A DNA stretch of 64,000 nucleotides from Candidatus Woesearchaeota archaeon (lineage in GTDB: Archaea; Nanobdellota; Nanobdellia; Woesearchaeales; SM23-78). Positions within the stretch are counted from its first letter, which is position 1. Each line of letters begins with the position of its first letter. Where the stretch lies: positions 1,924 to 65,923 of the forward strand of contig JAFGDD010000014.1 of assembly GCA_016932315.1 (NCBI GenBank), in the 5' to 3' direction. The notes below the pieces were generated by a model that worked only from the letters and a program-made list of their open reading frames with translations, was not told the DNA's origin and searched no databases. Both the position numbers and the translations under genes were made by a program. This document shows positions 39,426 to 47,810 of the stretch, piece after piece.

Positions 39426-39558
39426 TTAAGTCCGTTACCGCCCTAAGGTGCAAACTTCTTAGAAAAAATTAATCGAGCGCGTAGCCGGGGGTTGCCCCAT
39501 ACGGGGAGGCAGCGCCATCAAAATAACAAGCTAAAGTTTGCAAGGCGGTAGGACTTAA
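39426..39558. repeat. Structured intergenic element, family B copy 1
   Basis: Inverted arms TTAAGTCC..TACCGCC..TGCAAAC around a GGGGGTTGCCCCATACGGGG core; homologous to the reverse complement of 62165..62288. Confidence 0.8.
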
Positions 39559-39565
39559 ACTTTTT

Positions 39566-40276
39566 TCAAGCCATCTCTGCCTTTCCTTTCTTCACAAGAA
39601 GGTCTGCAATGAAAGTGTCAAGCTCTACTTCTTCGCCCTCATTAAAGGGACCGAGAATCTCGTTGTTCCTTCCCATGAACTTAGGCATTGAGTCCAGGAT
39701 TATTACCCTTTTCTTTTCAGGAATTGTTGCAAAGGTTGCCTGGGCTCCAGGATCAGGCAGGTTTTCATCATCAGATCTCTCTTCAACAACTTCCTTTCTG
39801 ACTTCTGCTCTTGCTTTAGCTTCTTGAACTTCTTTAACTTCTTGAACTCCCTCTAGCTTTGCAGAGTCTTCTTCCTTCAGATTAAGTATTCTATCAAGCA
39901 TGGTTTCCTTGTACTTGGTGAACAGGAGAACCTGCTCATTAAAGAATTCCCTCTCAGACGGCAGAAGGGCTGACGTATCAATGACATCAGAGCCAGTTCT
40001 GGCCTTGCTCATGGCCATGGTCAGGATTTTCTTCTCTCTGCGCTCATAAAGCTCTTTTATTATTCTTCTGATGTTCTGGAATTGTATTTTGAGCTTCTCC
40101 CTCTCAGCAGAGGCAAAGAGCTCATCATCCTTCCTGCTCAATGAGTCCTTCTTCTCCTTGAGATAAGCAAGCACTTGCTCATAGAAATCCTTGTCAAGCG
40201 TCTGGAGCTCCTCACGATTCTTTTCCCTGCGCAAAAGGTCAAAGAGGGTTTCATAATTAATTCTAATGTCAACCAT
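39566..40276 (-). CDS. DNA replication complex GINS51 (GINS15) protein
   Basis: YETLFDLLRREK..LQTLDKDFY, ERREKKI, C-terminal GPF..A.LLVKKGKA. Confidence 0.88.
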   Translation of the reverse strand: MVDIRINYETLFDLLRREKNREELQTLDKDFYEQVLAYLKEKKDSLSRKDDELFASAEREKLKIQFQNIRRIIKELYERREKKILTMAMSKARTGSDVIDTSALLPSEREFFNEQVLLFTKYKETMLDRILNLKEEDSAKLEGVQEVKEVQEAKARAEVRKEVVEERSDDENLPDPGAQATFATIPEKKRVIILDSMPKFMGRNNEILGPFNEGEEVELDTFIADLLVKKGKAEMA

Positions 40277-40314
40277 AAGCTTGAAGAAAAAAAACGCTGT
40301 TTAAATAGTTTGTT

Positions 40315-40410
40315 GTCAACTACTTCGCGCTAAGCGCGGAGCGTTAGCGCAGTAGGTTACTTAAAAATTATTCGCACTCCATCCATCATCTAAAGCGCAT
40401 GGCTTTTGCA
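40315..40410 (+). mobile_element. Possible non-autonomous IS200/IS605-type remnant (two hairpin ends, no ORF)
   Basis: Starts GTCAACTAC plus hairpin TTCGCGC-TAA-GCGCGGA and ends CATCCATCATCTAAAGCGCATGGCTTTT, resembling IS605/IscB-element ends. Confidence 0.4.
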
Positions 40411-40529
40411 TTAGCAAATCCAAAACATAAGTTTTGTTATTAGGACGGTAATTTTTGTTGTAAAAAACTTGTGAAGAAAAAAGTTTATAAAGGTCTAGCC
40501 ATCACTATCACAGGCCGGAGGATGGTATT

Positions 40530-40931
40530 GTGAAACTGGAAGAAATAAAACAAGGCGAAATTGCTTTTGTAGAAAAGCTTTATGGTATTATGAACGGTTA
40601 TGAAAAGCGTGCCAAAAAAGTCAAAGCGCCATATAAAGAAACGATTGTCAAAAACCTGTCTCAAATGCTGGATGTTTCTGAGCCAACCCTTGAAAAAATA
40701 TTGAATTATTTACCAGAAAAGGTAAGCTTTGATACCATCAGGAATATAAGAGATTTAAGAGAAATTTTTCTTATACTTGATGAGTCTCTGCATAATGAAG
40801 GAATTTACGAATGGCTCAGCGGATACAATAAGTATTTAGAAGGCAAACAACCCCTGGAGTTGCTGCTGAATAAGGACTATAAGCAATTGAAGCAGGCTGC
40901 GGTTCATCTGCGGGACAATATCTCTTTTTAA
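40530..40931 (+). CDS. Xre/MbcA/ParS-type antitoxin-like protein
   Basis: HTH (LSQMLDVSEPTL) plus EWLSGYNKYLEGKQPLELL C-terminal motif. Confidence 0.7.
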   Translation: MKLEEIKQGEIAFVEKLYGIMNGYEKRAKKVKAPYKETIVKNLSQMLDVSEPTLEKILNYLPEKVSFDTIRNIRDLREIFLILDESLHNEGIYEWLSGYNKYLEGKQPLELLLNKDYKQLKQAAVHLRDNISF

Positions 40932-40995
40932 TTCATACGGCAACTACTCGCGCATCAATTAACTATTTAAACTTCTCAGAAGTCCATAATGGGTC

Positions 40996-42216
40996 ATGGC
41001 AGTCTTGCAGTTCCAGGACCTTGAATTTGTAGACGAGAAAGATAGCGTCAAAGTGTTATTCCTCAAAATATACTATTTCCGCATTGAAAAGAAAGAGCTG
41101 GAAAGGATTGGCAATTTCAAAATATCTTTGCACAGTATTGAGTTTGACTGCTCTGAGAAAAAGGCATCAAACAAGTTTGGTCAACTACTGGAGAAAGGCT
41201 TTGCAGGGCTTAAGTGCAGCCTTAACAATCTTAAAACAGTTTATGTTCACAAAAATTCAGGCATCCCCTTGGTTGGGGCAGGTGTTTTTGGCTTGATTGA
41301 CAGGAATACCAACTGCATCGAGGTCAAGCCTCTCACTGCCTGCAACCTGGACTGCTTGTTCTGCAGCGTTGATGCTGGCAAGAGCAGCAAGAAAGTGACT
41401 GATTACATCATTGAAAAGGATTATCTGGTTGAAGAATTCAATAAGCTCGCTGCAAGAAAAGAGCATCCTGTTGAAGCTCATATTGGGCCGCAAGGCGAGC
41501 CCTTGCTTTATGCTCCATTGACTGATTTAATAAGGGATTTGAGGCATAATCCAAAAGTAAAAATTGTCTCGATTGACACCAACGGAACCCTGCTCACAGA
41601 AAAACTCATTGATAATCTTGTAAGTGCCGGCCTCACGAGGCTTAACATATCAATTCATTCTCTTGACGAGAAAAAATGCAGCTACATGGCAGGCGCTAGC
41701 TACAATATAAAGCACGTCCTTAAAATGGTGGAGTATGCTAGCAAGAAACTGAATGTTCTGCTGGCACCGGTAGTTGTACCAAGCATTAATGATGAGGACT
41801 TAAAGAATATTGTTGAGGCTGGCAGGAAAATAATGTCAGAAAAATCTGAATTTCCGGTGTTGGGCATCCAGAACTATCTTAATTATAAGCGCGGAAGAAA
41901 CCCTGTTAAGCAGCGCAGCTGGGAAGAGTTCTTTGAAATGCTCAAGCCTTTTGAAAAAGTTACTGGGCTGAAGCTGAGGCTTGCAAAGGAGGACTTTGGC
42001 ATACTTGCTGACAAGAAGCTTGGTAAGCCGTTTGAAAAGAAGCAAGTCATCAAGGCAGTGGTTGTCTGTGACGGCCCTTTGCTTGGAGAGAAAGTTGCTG
42101 CTGCAAACGGGAGGACAATTATCGTCGATAAAGCAGCCAGAGCCAAAAATAATTCTGTTATTAATGTCAAGCTAATCAGGGACAAGCACAATATTTTTAG
42201 GGGGGTTATGGAGTAG
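40996..42216 (+). CDS. Radical SAM protein with C-terminal TRAM-like domain
   Basis: CNLDCLFC, GEPLLY, DTNG; C-terminal RDKHNIF. Confidence 0.9.
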   Translation: MAVLQFQDLEFVDEKDSVKVLFLKIYYFRIEKKELERIGNFKISLHSIEFDCSEKKASNKFGQLLEKGFAGLKCSLNNLKTVYVHKNSGIPLVGAGVFGLIDRNTNCIEVKPLTACNLDCLFCSVDAGKSSKKVTDYIIEKDYLVEEFNKLAARKEHPVEAHIGPQGEPLLYAPLTDLIRDLRHNPKVKIVSIDTNGTLLTEKLIDNLVSAGLTRLNISIHSLDEKKCSYMAGASYNIKHVLKMVEYASKKLNVLLAPVVVPSINDEDLKNIVEAGRKIMSEKSEFPVLGIQNYLNYKRGRNPVKQRSWEEFFEMLKPFEKVTGLKLRLAKEDFGILADKKLGKPFEKKQVIKAVVVCDGPLLGEKVAAANGRTIIVDKAARAKNNSVINVKLIRDKHNIFRGVME

Positions 42217-42256
42217 TTCAAAAGATTAGTCTGATAATTCAAAATTAACTTTTAAC

Positions 42257-44161
42257 TTAAGATTTCTTTCCGAACAGCCTGTTGAAGAAAGCAGATATTT
42301 CCTTTATTACCTTGGCAAAGAATCCTTCTTTTTTCACTGGCTCCTGTTTTGGCGGCTCTGGCTCTGGCTGCTCTTGCTGGGGGATATTGGTCTCTTGTTT
42401 TTTCTCAGCAGGTTTAACCTTGATAGTAAGATTCTTGCTGACCAGGAAATTCTTTGCCTCAATGCCTGCAAAGGTTTTTATCATTAGCTCAGTGTTATTA
42501 AAATCTTCAGGAATGAATAGTTTGTAAGTATAGGCTTGCCTGGTTTCTGCCCTGTCAAACAGCATTGTCTCGCTGGTACTCGTCATACCGCCGCCAAGGG
42601 TCGCGCCTCTTGTGTACTCATCCCTCACTGTAACCTTGATGGATTCCTGGTTGTTATTAGTTATTTTAATAGTGATGGTTACGTTGTTGCCGGCAACCAA
42701 TTCTTGTGTGTCTGCTGATTGCGATATGCTTATTGCATCTGCAACAGGAGTTACTGTAAAGCTTACTTTCTCAGAGAAGTTGCGGTTCTCGCTGGTTGAT
42801 GTCTCGTAGCTTCCGCTGGCTATGATGTCATATGTTACTTTATTGTCGACAAAAGGAGCTTCTAAAGAATCATTAACAATAATTGTCTTGGTAGCTTCTG
42901 GCATTAGCTCTGCAAGCTCTGCTGTTAAGTCAGGCAAGAATGTGCTTGTTACCTTGGCTTTGATGTTCCTGAAACCAACTATTTTGTTGGGGTTATTGAC
43001 AGAAAAGGCTATTCTAAAGATTCCTCCTTCTGACACGCTGGTCTCAAGCACTGAAAGTATTGGGTCAATTGGCTGAATGTTGGATGTTAGGCTCAGATTT
43101 TTTGTCTCAGAAAAAACCTTGCCTTCTGAATCGAGCAGGCGTAGCTCAACAAGGAAATTGTACCTGCCTGATTTGACTGGCTTGAGCAAAAGGTTTATCA
43201 TCTTGTAGTTATCTGGCTTTATTATGCCTTTCCAGGAATACTTATCATTCTTCTTTTCAAGCTCTCCTGGCAATGACTGCAGTGTTATGTAGCTAGGAAT
43301 AGTTATTTTCAGCTCTGTAACATTAATGTCAACAGAAACATCATTTTCTACTCTTAAACTAATGGCTGTTTGCTCAGAAGCTTCAATGCTCGACGGAGAA
43401 ATCGATGCTGAGAAGGTGTAAGGCTTAATTACCTTTACGCTTTGGCTTGAACTCTTTAACCCGTAAGATTTTCCTTGGTAAGTATGATTAACAATTGCTG
43501 AGTTAGAGAAGTCAAGATAGCCAGTAACCTTGAATGTGTAAGTAAATGTCTTCTCACTCTCAGATGCCAGGTTGCCTGAATAGCTTATGCTTTTAAGGCT
43601 GCGAGTTGTTCCTGAAGAAGAGGATAATATTTCAATTCCTTCAGGGTATTCCTCAAAATAGCTCAGGCTGTCTGTGCCATCACTTCCAGTGTTCTTTAGC
43701 ACTACTGAAACAGTAACTTCGCCATTAAGTTCTGGCGTGTCATCTGAGAAAGTCCTGGTAACAGTGATGTCCGGCCCATAAGTCTTTACTAGTATTGAGA
43801 TGCCTGCATAAGCCCTGCCCTCAACAAACTTGATATGGTCGCCATCCTCAGCATTAAGCACATCCCTAAAGATTTCCTCTATGCAAGTCTCCCTTATGCC
43901 TGTAACCTTGCATTCACCCTCCTTAATGATATAGGAGTTCTTGTTAATCCCGACAATAACAGATGTGTCTTCTATATCATAATGAGTTATGGTGTAAACA
44001 TCTCCTTCAACAGAGAAGGTGTCGCCAGAGTAGTGCCAGTCATTATACAAGTCTTTGGCCTGGGCAAAACAGCATAAAGTCAGCAATAATAACAGGCTTG
44101 AAATGAAAAGAAGAGTTGCCTTTACAAAGTTTTGTTTCATAAATGTTTTTCTTCTAATCAA
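42257..44161 (-). CDS. Secreted Ig-like / S-layer-associated protein
   Basis: Signal peptide, beta-rich repeats, amphipathic C-terminus FFAKVIKEISAFFNRLF. Confidence 0.8.
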   Translation of the reverse strand: MIRRKTFMKQNFVKATLLFISSLLLLLTLCCFAQAKDLYNDWHYSGDTFSVEGDVYTITHYDIEDTSVIVGINKNSYIIKEGECKVTGIRETCIEEIFRDVLNAEDGDHIKFVEGRAYAGISILVKTYGPDITVTRTFSDDTPELNGEVTVSVVLKNTGSDGTDSLSYFEEYPEGIEILSSSSGTTRSLKSISYSGNLASESEKTFTYTFKVTGYLDFSNSAIVNHTYQGKSYGLKSSSQSVKVIKPYTFSASISPSSIEASEQTAISLRVENDVSVDINVTELKITIPSYITLQSLPGELEKKNDKYSWKGIIKPDNYKMINLLLKPVKSGRYNFLVELRLLDSEGKVFSETKNLSLTSNIQPIDPILSVLETSVSEGGIFRIAFSVNNPNKIVGFRNIKAKVTSTFLPDLTAELAELMPEATKTIIVNDSLEAPFVDNKVTYDIIASGSYETSTSENRNFSEKVSFTVTPVADAISISQSADTQELVAGNNVTITIKITNNNQESIKVTVRDEYTRGATLGGGMTSTSETMLFDRAETRQAYTYKLFIPEDFNNTELMIKTFAGIEAKNFLVSKNLTIKVKPAEKKQETNIPQQEQPEPEPPKQEPVKKEGFFAKVIKEISAFFNRLFGKKS

Positions 44162-44314
44162 GAATATAAATGTTTTTCGCTTATCAAAATATGCCTATTT
44201 GAATTGGTGGTAAAAAAGAGAAAAGAAGAAAAAAAAGAAAACAAAATTGCTAGAGAAATTTTGAATATTTTTTAAAAAGAAAAAAAGAAAAAAAGAAAAA
44301 ATTTGTTTTTGGTT

Positions 44315-46852
44315 TTAGCCAACCTTGTTCACAGTGATTGTGTTCAGGTCTGCAACTACAACTTCTGCCTCAGTCCCTGAGAGGTCATAGTCTTCGTAGT
44401 CTGCTAGCACATAGCATGCGCCTAGTGTGTCCTGAGCTCCATAACCTGCTACGAGCAAGGCGTTCTTGTCAGCAAAGAGCTTGATAACTGCTTTGCCTGG
44501 AGTAAATCCTTCTGTGCAAGTTGCTGGGTTGCCCATTAACTCAGCTGCTGCTGTGTTGACGCAAGGTCCTCCAACCACTATCATGTTCTCGCTTCCGAGA
44601 GCTGGGGCTTCTGTGTCAAGCACTGCTAATCCAACTGCAATTGGGTTGAGTGTGGTGCTTGATATTGTGCCTCCTGATGTGGCTGTTCCTTCCTTGACTT
44701 CAACAACGCCTGCTGTCACAAACACTTGAGCACCCTTCTGTGTTAGCGGGTAGTCAATTGTTATTTCAGCTGCTTCTGTTCCAGAGCTTGGGTAGTACCT
44801 TGTGTACTTGGCGCCATATATGTCGTATCCGTATGAGTAGTCATCATTCTCTGGGTCGTCGACCAATGTTGGATCGTTCACTGTTGAACTGATCTTGTTA
44901 GCTGTTGCGCTGGTAATGGTCAAGTCGCTTGAGATTGGACCGTCTCCAGACTCATCAAACAGAGATGCTGGCGTTGTTATACTGACGTTAACTACATCGC
45001 TATAGTCAGTAATAGCGTATGGGTTGGTTAAGTTGTCATAACTGTCTCCTAAGCTGAAGATTTGTGTTCCGTTGCCTAGGTCAAGGACTGCTCCTCCCTT
45101 AGCTACTAGCTTTAACTCTGTGGCGTTGATTGCGTCATTTCCATCCAAGTCCATAGTCAATGCATAGTCCTCTGAAGCGGTTGCTGAGGATGCTCCTACA
45201 TAGAAGTCGTGGGTTTTTCCTGCAACAATCAGCTCACCAGTTGCTGTTGAACCTACAGTTCCTGAGTATGACACAACAATTGTGTCTCCTGCCAGGTCTC
45301 TGAAAGTTACTGTGCTGTCGCCTGTGCTTATTGACTGGTATCTCAATACGCTGCTTACTGCCTTGCTGTCATCAGTAGTGCCTGTTGCCCTGTCTGATAA
45401 CAGGAAGTAGTCATTGTCTGAGATAAAGGTGGCGTTGTTCGTTGGAGTTGTACCAACAATTGGTCCCCAGTATGTTGGTTCGGTGAAGATGAAGTCATCA
45501 TCATCGTCTCCATACTTGAAGATGCTGTTTTTGTTGGTTATGAAGGGGAAGCTGTATGCGTCTCCGTTCACATTGACAAACTCTAAGTCATAGCTGTGGT
45601 CAGATTTGGCATTAAACTTTATTGTGCTTACGCCTGTGTTCATCAGGCCTGCGTACTTAATGTCCCATGTGTCTGTCAGCAATCCTTCTGGCTCTGTCAT
45701 GTACTCCTTCACGCCTTTGCCTGCTGGCACATAGATGTCGTCGTCAGCAAGTACTTTGTACTTGATGTAGTTCAGCTTGGTTGTAGTGCTAGACTCAGCA
45801 GTTCCTTTTATTATTAAATAGGCATCGCTGATGCTTTCACTGTTAACCTTGACTGTGCCTTGTGCATAGGTGCTGTCTGTGAAGTCAGTGTCTGTCAACT
45901 CTATCTTGTTAGCTCCAAGGAAGAACTCAACAATACCTTCTCTTTGGTTTGTCAATATTTCTTGGACTCCAACAGTCACTTCTGAGCTGAGGACATCTGT
46001 CTCTCCTTCATTGAGCTCTTTGGTTAACATTCCGTTAACGCTTAGCTTTGCAGACTGGTCGTCGCTGCTAATGAACACAGCAGTCACTTCATAGTCCTTA
46101 CCATCTATAGTATAGGTCTTGGTTTCGCCGTCCTTTAAGGTGTCAGCTACTTCTCCTCCCAATAAGGTAAGGCTCATGTCGTTGCCGTTGGCCATTGAAG
46201 CAGTTGTTATGGTGAAAGGCGCGCCTAATATTGTTAAGACTTCACTTTCAAAGTCATTAAGGGCGTTACTCTCGTTGTCTGCTGCTGCTCCTTCTGTGAA
46301 CTCCATGTGGTACTCAAATATTGTTGAGCCATCAGTGATTTTCAAGAAGTCGCCAACTTCATCGTCGTCATTCTCAGCATAGGTTACTGACATCGTGGTG
46401 TTGTCGAATTTCAGGTATTGATTGACTGGTGTCGTGCTTTCTCCTGTGTCAAAAACCCCTGACTTCAACGCATCCAAGTCAGTATGTCTAAAAGTTGACT
46501 TTACGCTGCCGATTGTTTCTCCAATTCGGATAAAGTCATTTCCAGTCTTGAACTCTGCTGAGTCTCCTGTCACTGTTGCTTTTCCAGCTGCATCTGGTAG
46601 CTCTACTTCTGTGGTTGTGCTGGCTGATGCCTGCAAACTAGCTGCGAGATCAATCGCTCCTACGACGTCAGATGTAGCTGCTTTTGCTCCGACAACAATC
46701 TTGCCGTCGAAGACGCCGTTGGCAACGAAAGGCGCAGGATAGTTACTCAGGTCAAGTGCCATTGCTCCCATAATAGTGGCTCCTACCATGGTAGTTCCAG
46801 CAACCAGAGCTGCTATCTTTTTTACTGTCTTTCGCATATTCAATTTAAACAC
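44315..46852 (-). CDS. S-layer protein
   Basis: LSNYPAPFV..IVVGAKAATSDVVGAID and NMIVVGGPCVN motifs; acidic; the GGAGGTG RBS favours a start at TTG 46843 or ATG 46837. Confidence 0.93.
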   Translation of the reverse strand: MFKLNMRKTVKKIAALVAGTTMVGATIMGAMALDLSNYPAPFVANGVFDGKIVVGAKAATSDVVGAIDLAASLQASASTTTEVELPDAAGKATVTGDSAEFKTGNDFIRIGETIGSVKSTFRHTDLDALKSGVFDTGESTTPVNQYLKFDNTTMSVTYAENDDDEVGDFLKITDGSTIFEYHMEFTEGAAADNESNALNDFESEVLTILGAPFTITTASMANGNDMSLTLLGGEVADTLKDGETKTYTIDGKDYEVTAVFISSDDQSAKLSVNGMLTKELNEGETDVLSSEVTVGVQEILTNQREGIVEFFLGANKIELTDTDFTDSTYAQGTVKVNSESISDAYLIIKGTAESSTTTKLNYIKYKVLADDDIYVPAGKGVKEYMTEPEGLLTDTWDIKYAGLMNTGVSTIKFNAKSDHSYDLEFVNVNGDAYSFPFITNKNSIFKYGDDDDDFIFTEPTYWGPIVGTTPTNNATFISDNDYFLLSDRATGTTDDSKAVSSVLRYQSISTGDSTVTFRDLAGDTIVVSYSGTVGSTATGELIVAGKTHDFYVGASSATASEDYALTMDLDGNDAINATELKLVAKGGAVLDLGNGTQIFSLGDSYDNLTNPYAITDYSDVVNVSITTPASLFDESGDGPISSDLTITSATANKISSTVNDPTLVDDPENDDYSYGYDIYGAKYTRYYPSSGTEAAEITIDYPLTQKGAQVFVTAGVVEVKEGTATSGGTISSTTLNPIAVGLAVLDTEAPALGSENMIVVGGPCVNTAAAELMGNPATCTEGFTPGKAVIKLFADKNALLVAGYGAQDTLGACYVLADYEDYDLSGTEAEVVVADLNTITVNKVG

Positions 46853-46997
46853 CTCCGTGTTTAACTCTCTTTAACCATGTTTCCAACAGTAGAATGCACC
46901 AAGTTTACGCAAGATAGCTGTTCTCACAACTATATTTTAAGCCCTGATACATTCATATGTCGTCAACTAATCGTTTATCCCTCATAGTCAAGTTTTA

Positions 46998-47013
46998 TTT
47001 ATAAAGTTTTCGC
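46998..47013 (-). promoter_or_regulatory. BRE/TATA promoter of the S-layer gene, implying a long 5' UTR
   Basis: Minus strand GCGAAAAC-TTTATAAA about 150 nt upstream of the start. Confidence 0.6.
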
Positions 47014-47186
47014 AGTATGGGGAGGTGATTGGGTGATGATTTTTTTATAAGGCTTAAAAACTCTGAATTCGCTATAATTAACCATTTTTAATTTTTGAGT
47101 GATTACAACATCATTTTTTAAATAGTCAATATTATCATGTATATTATATAATTAAATTATTAGTTCTGCCTGAAAGAAAAAAAGGT

Positions 47187-47205
47187 TATGCGGGGAGAAG
47201 GATTC
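47187..47205 (-). repeat. 19-bp direct duplication of the tRNA-Leu 3' end
   Basis: TATGCGGGGAGAAGGATTC is identical to 47284..47302. Confidence 0.9.
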
Positions 47206-47285
47206 CCACCAACCTTTAGCGCAAAGGTTGACGAAAAAATGCGGCATGCGTTCGCTTCGCTCACTTAGCCCCATAAAAAAGAGTA

Positions 47286-47501
47286 TGCGGGGAGAAGGAT
47301 TCGAACCCTCGCAGGCACTACTCCAAGGTTGGCACCTTGAATTGCCAAGGCCAAGCCTTGTCTACTCCAAGACTAGCGTCTTGTCCTGCCAAGACCTACA
47401 TCTTGTCTAAGCCAACAGGTCTCTTAGACTAGAGACGCTGTCTCCTAAGCCTGTCCCGTAAAGCCACCTTTTTTTGGTTTTGGCCGCTCCGGCATCCCCG
47501 C
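47286..47501 (-). tRNA. tRNA-Leu(UAG) with introns in the D-loop (47460..47479), at 37/38 (47421..47443) and in the variable arm (47318..47406, two tandem units)
   Basis: Spliced GCGGGGATGCCGGAGCGGCCAAACGGGACAGGCTTAGGACCTGTTGGCTTAGTGCCTGCGAGGGTTCGAATCCTTCTCCCCGCA; each site forms a BHB motif. Confidence 0.92.
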
Positions 47502-47573
47502 ATTTACCAGGTTACCTATTAGTGTGCTCTGCTGGTTTAAAAAATTTACTAAATGAAAACATTTAAATATTAA

Positions 47574-47603
47574 TAGTACTAATAATGTATTAAATTAGTA
47601 CTA
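47574..47603. promoter_or_regulatory. Putative autoregulatory operator of the AbrB-like gene
   Basis: Palindrome TAGTACTA occurs twice, 22 bp apart, just downstream of a TTTAAATA TATA box. Confidence 0.5.
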
Positions 47604-47621
47604 ATTAAGCGGAGCTTATCA

Positions 47622-47810
47622 ATGAAAGTAGTTCTTAACCGAGGCCAGTATAAGATAACCATTCCTAAGGATTTAGCAGAAGAAAAAGGATGGGGAGCTG
47701 GCACCAAGATAAGATTTGTCGAGGATGCAGATGGAAAAATATTCCTCAAAGTGATAGAACTAAAACCGCTCAAGAAAGAGATTGCTGCAAAAGATAAGAC
47801 GAGAAAATGA
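47622..47810 (+). CDS. AbrB/MazE/SpoVT family DNA-binding protein
   Basis: GQYKITIPKDLAEEKGWGAG..IRF; ATGA overlap with the next gene. Confidence 0.88.
   Translation: MKVVLNRGQYKITIPKDLAEEKGWGAGTKIRFVEDADGKIFLKVIELKPLKKEIAAKDKTRK

Noticed and set aside
47228-47410. 60-aa ORF, and similar short ORFs at 9033..9266, 11916..12183, 54518..54736 and 62009..62227
   Set aside because: They overlap tRNA genes or structured repeats and have no protein motifs.
47622-47810. MazEF/VapBC toxin-antitoxin module
   Set aside because: The coupled downstream gene is a membrane surface protein, not a toxin.
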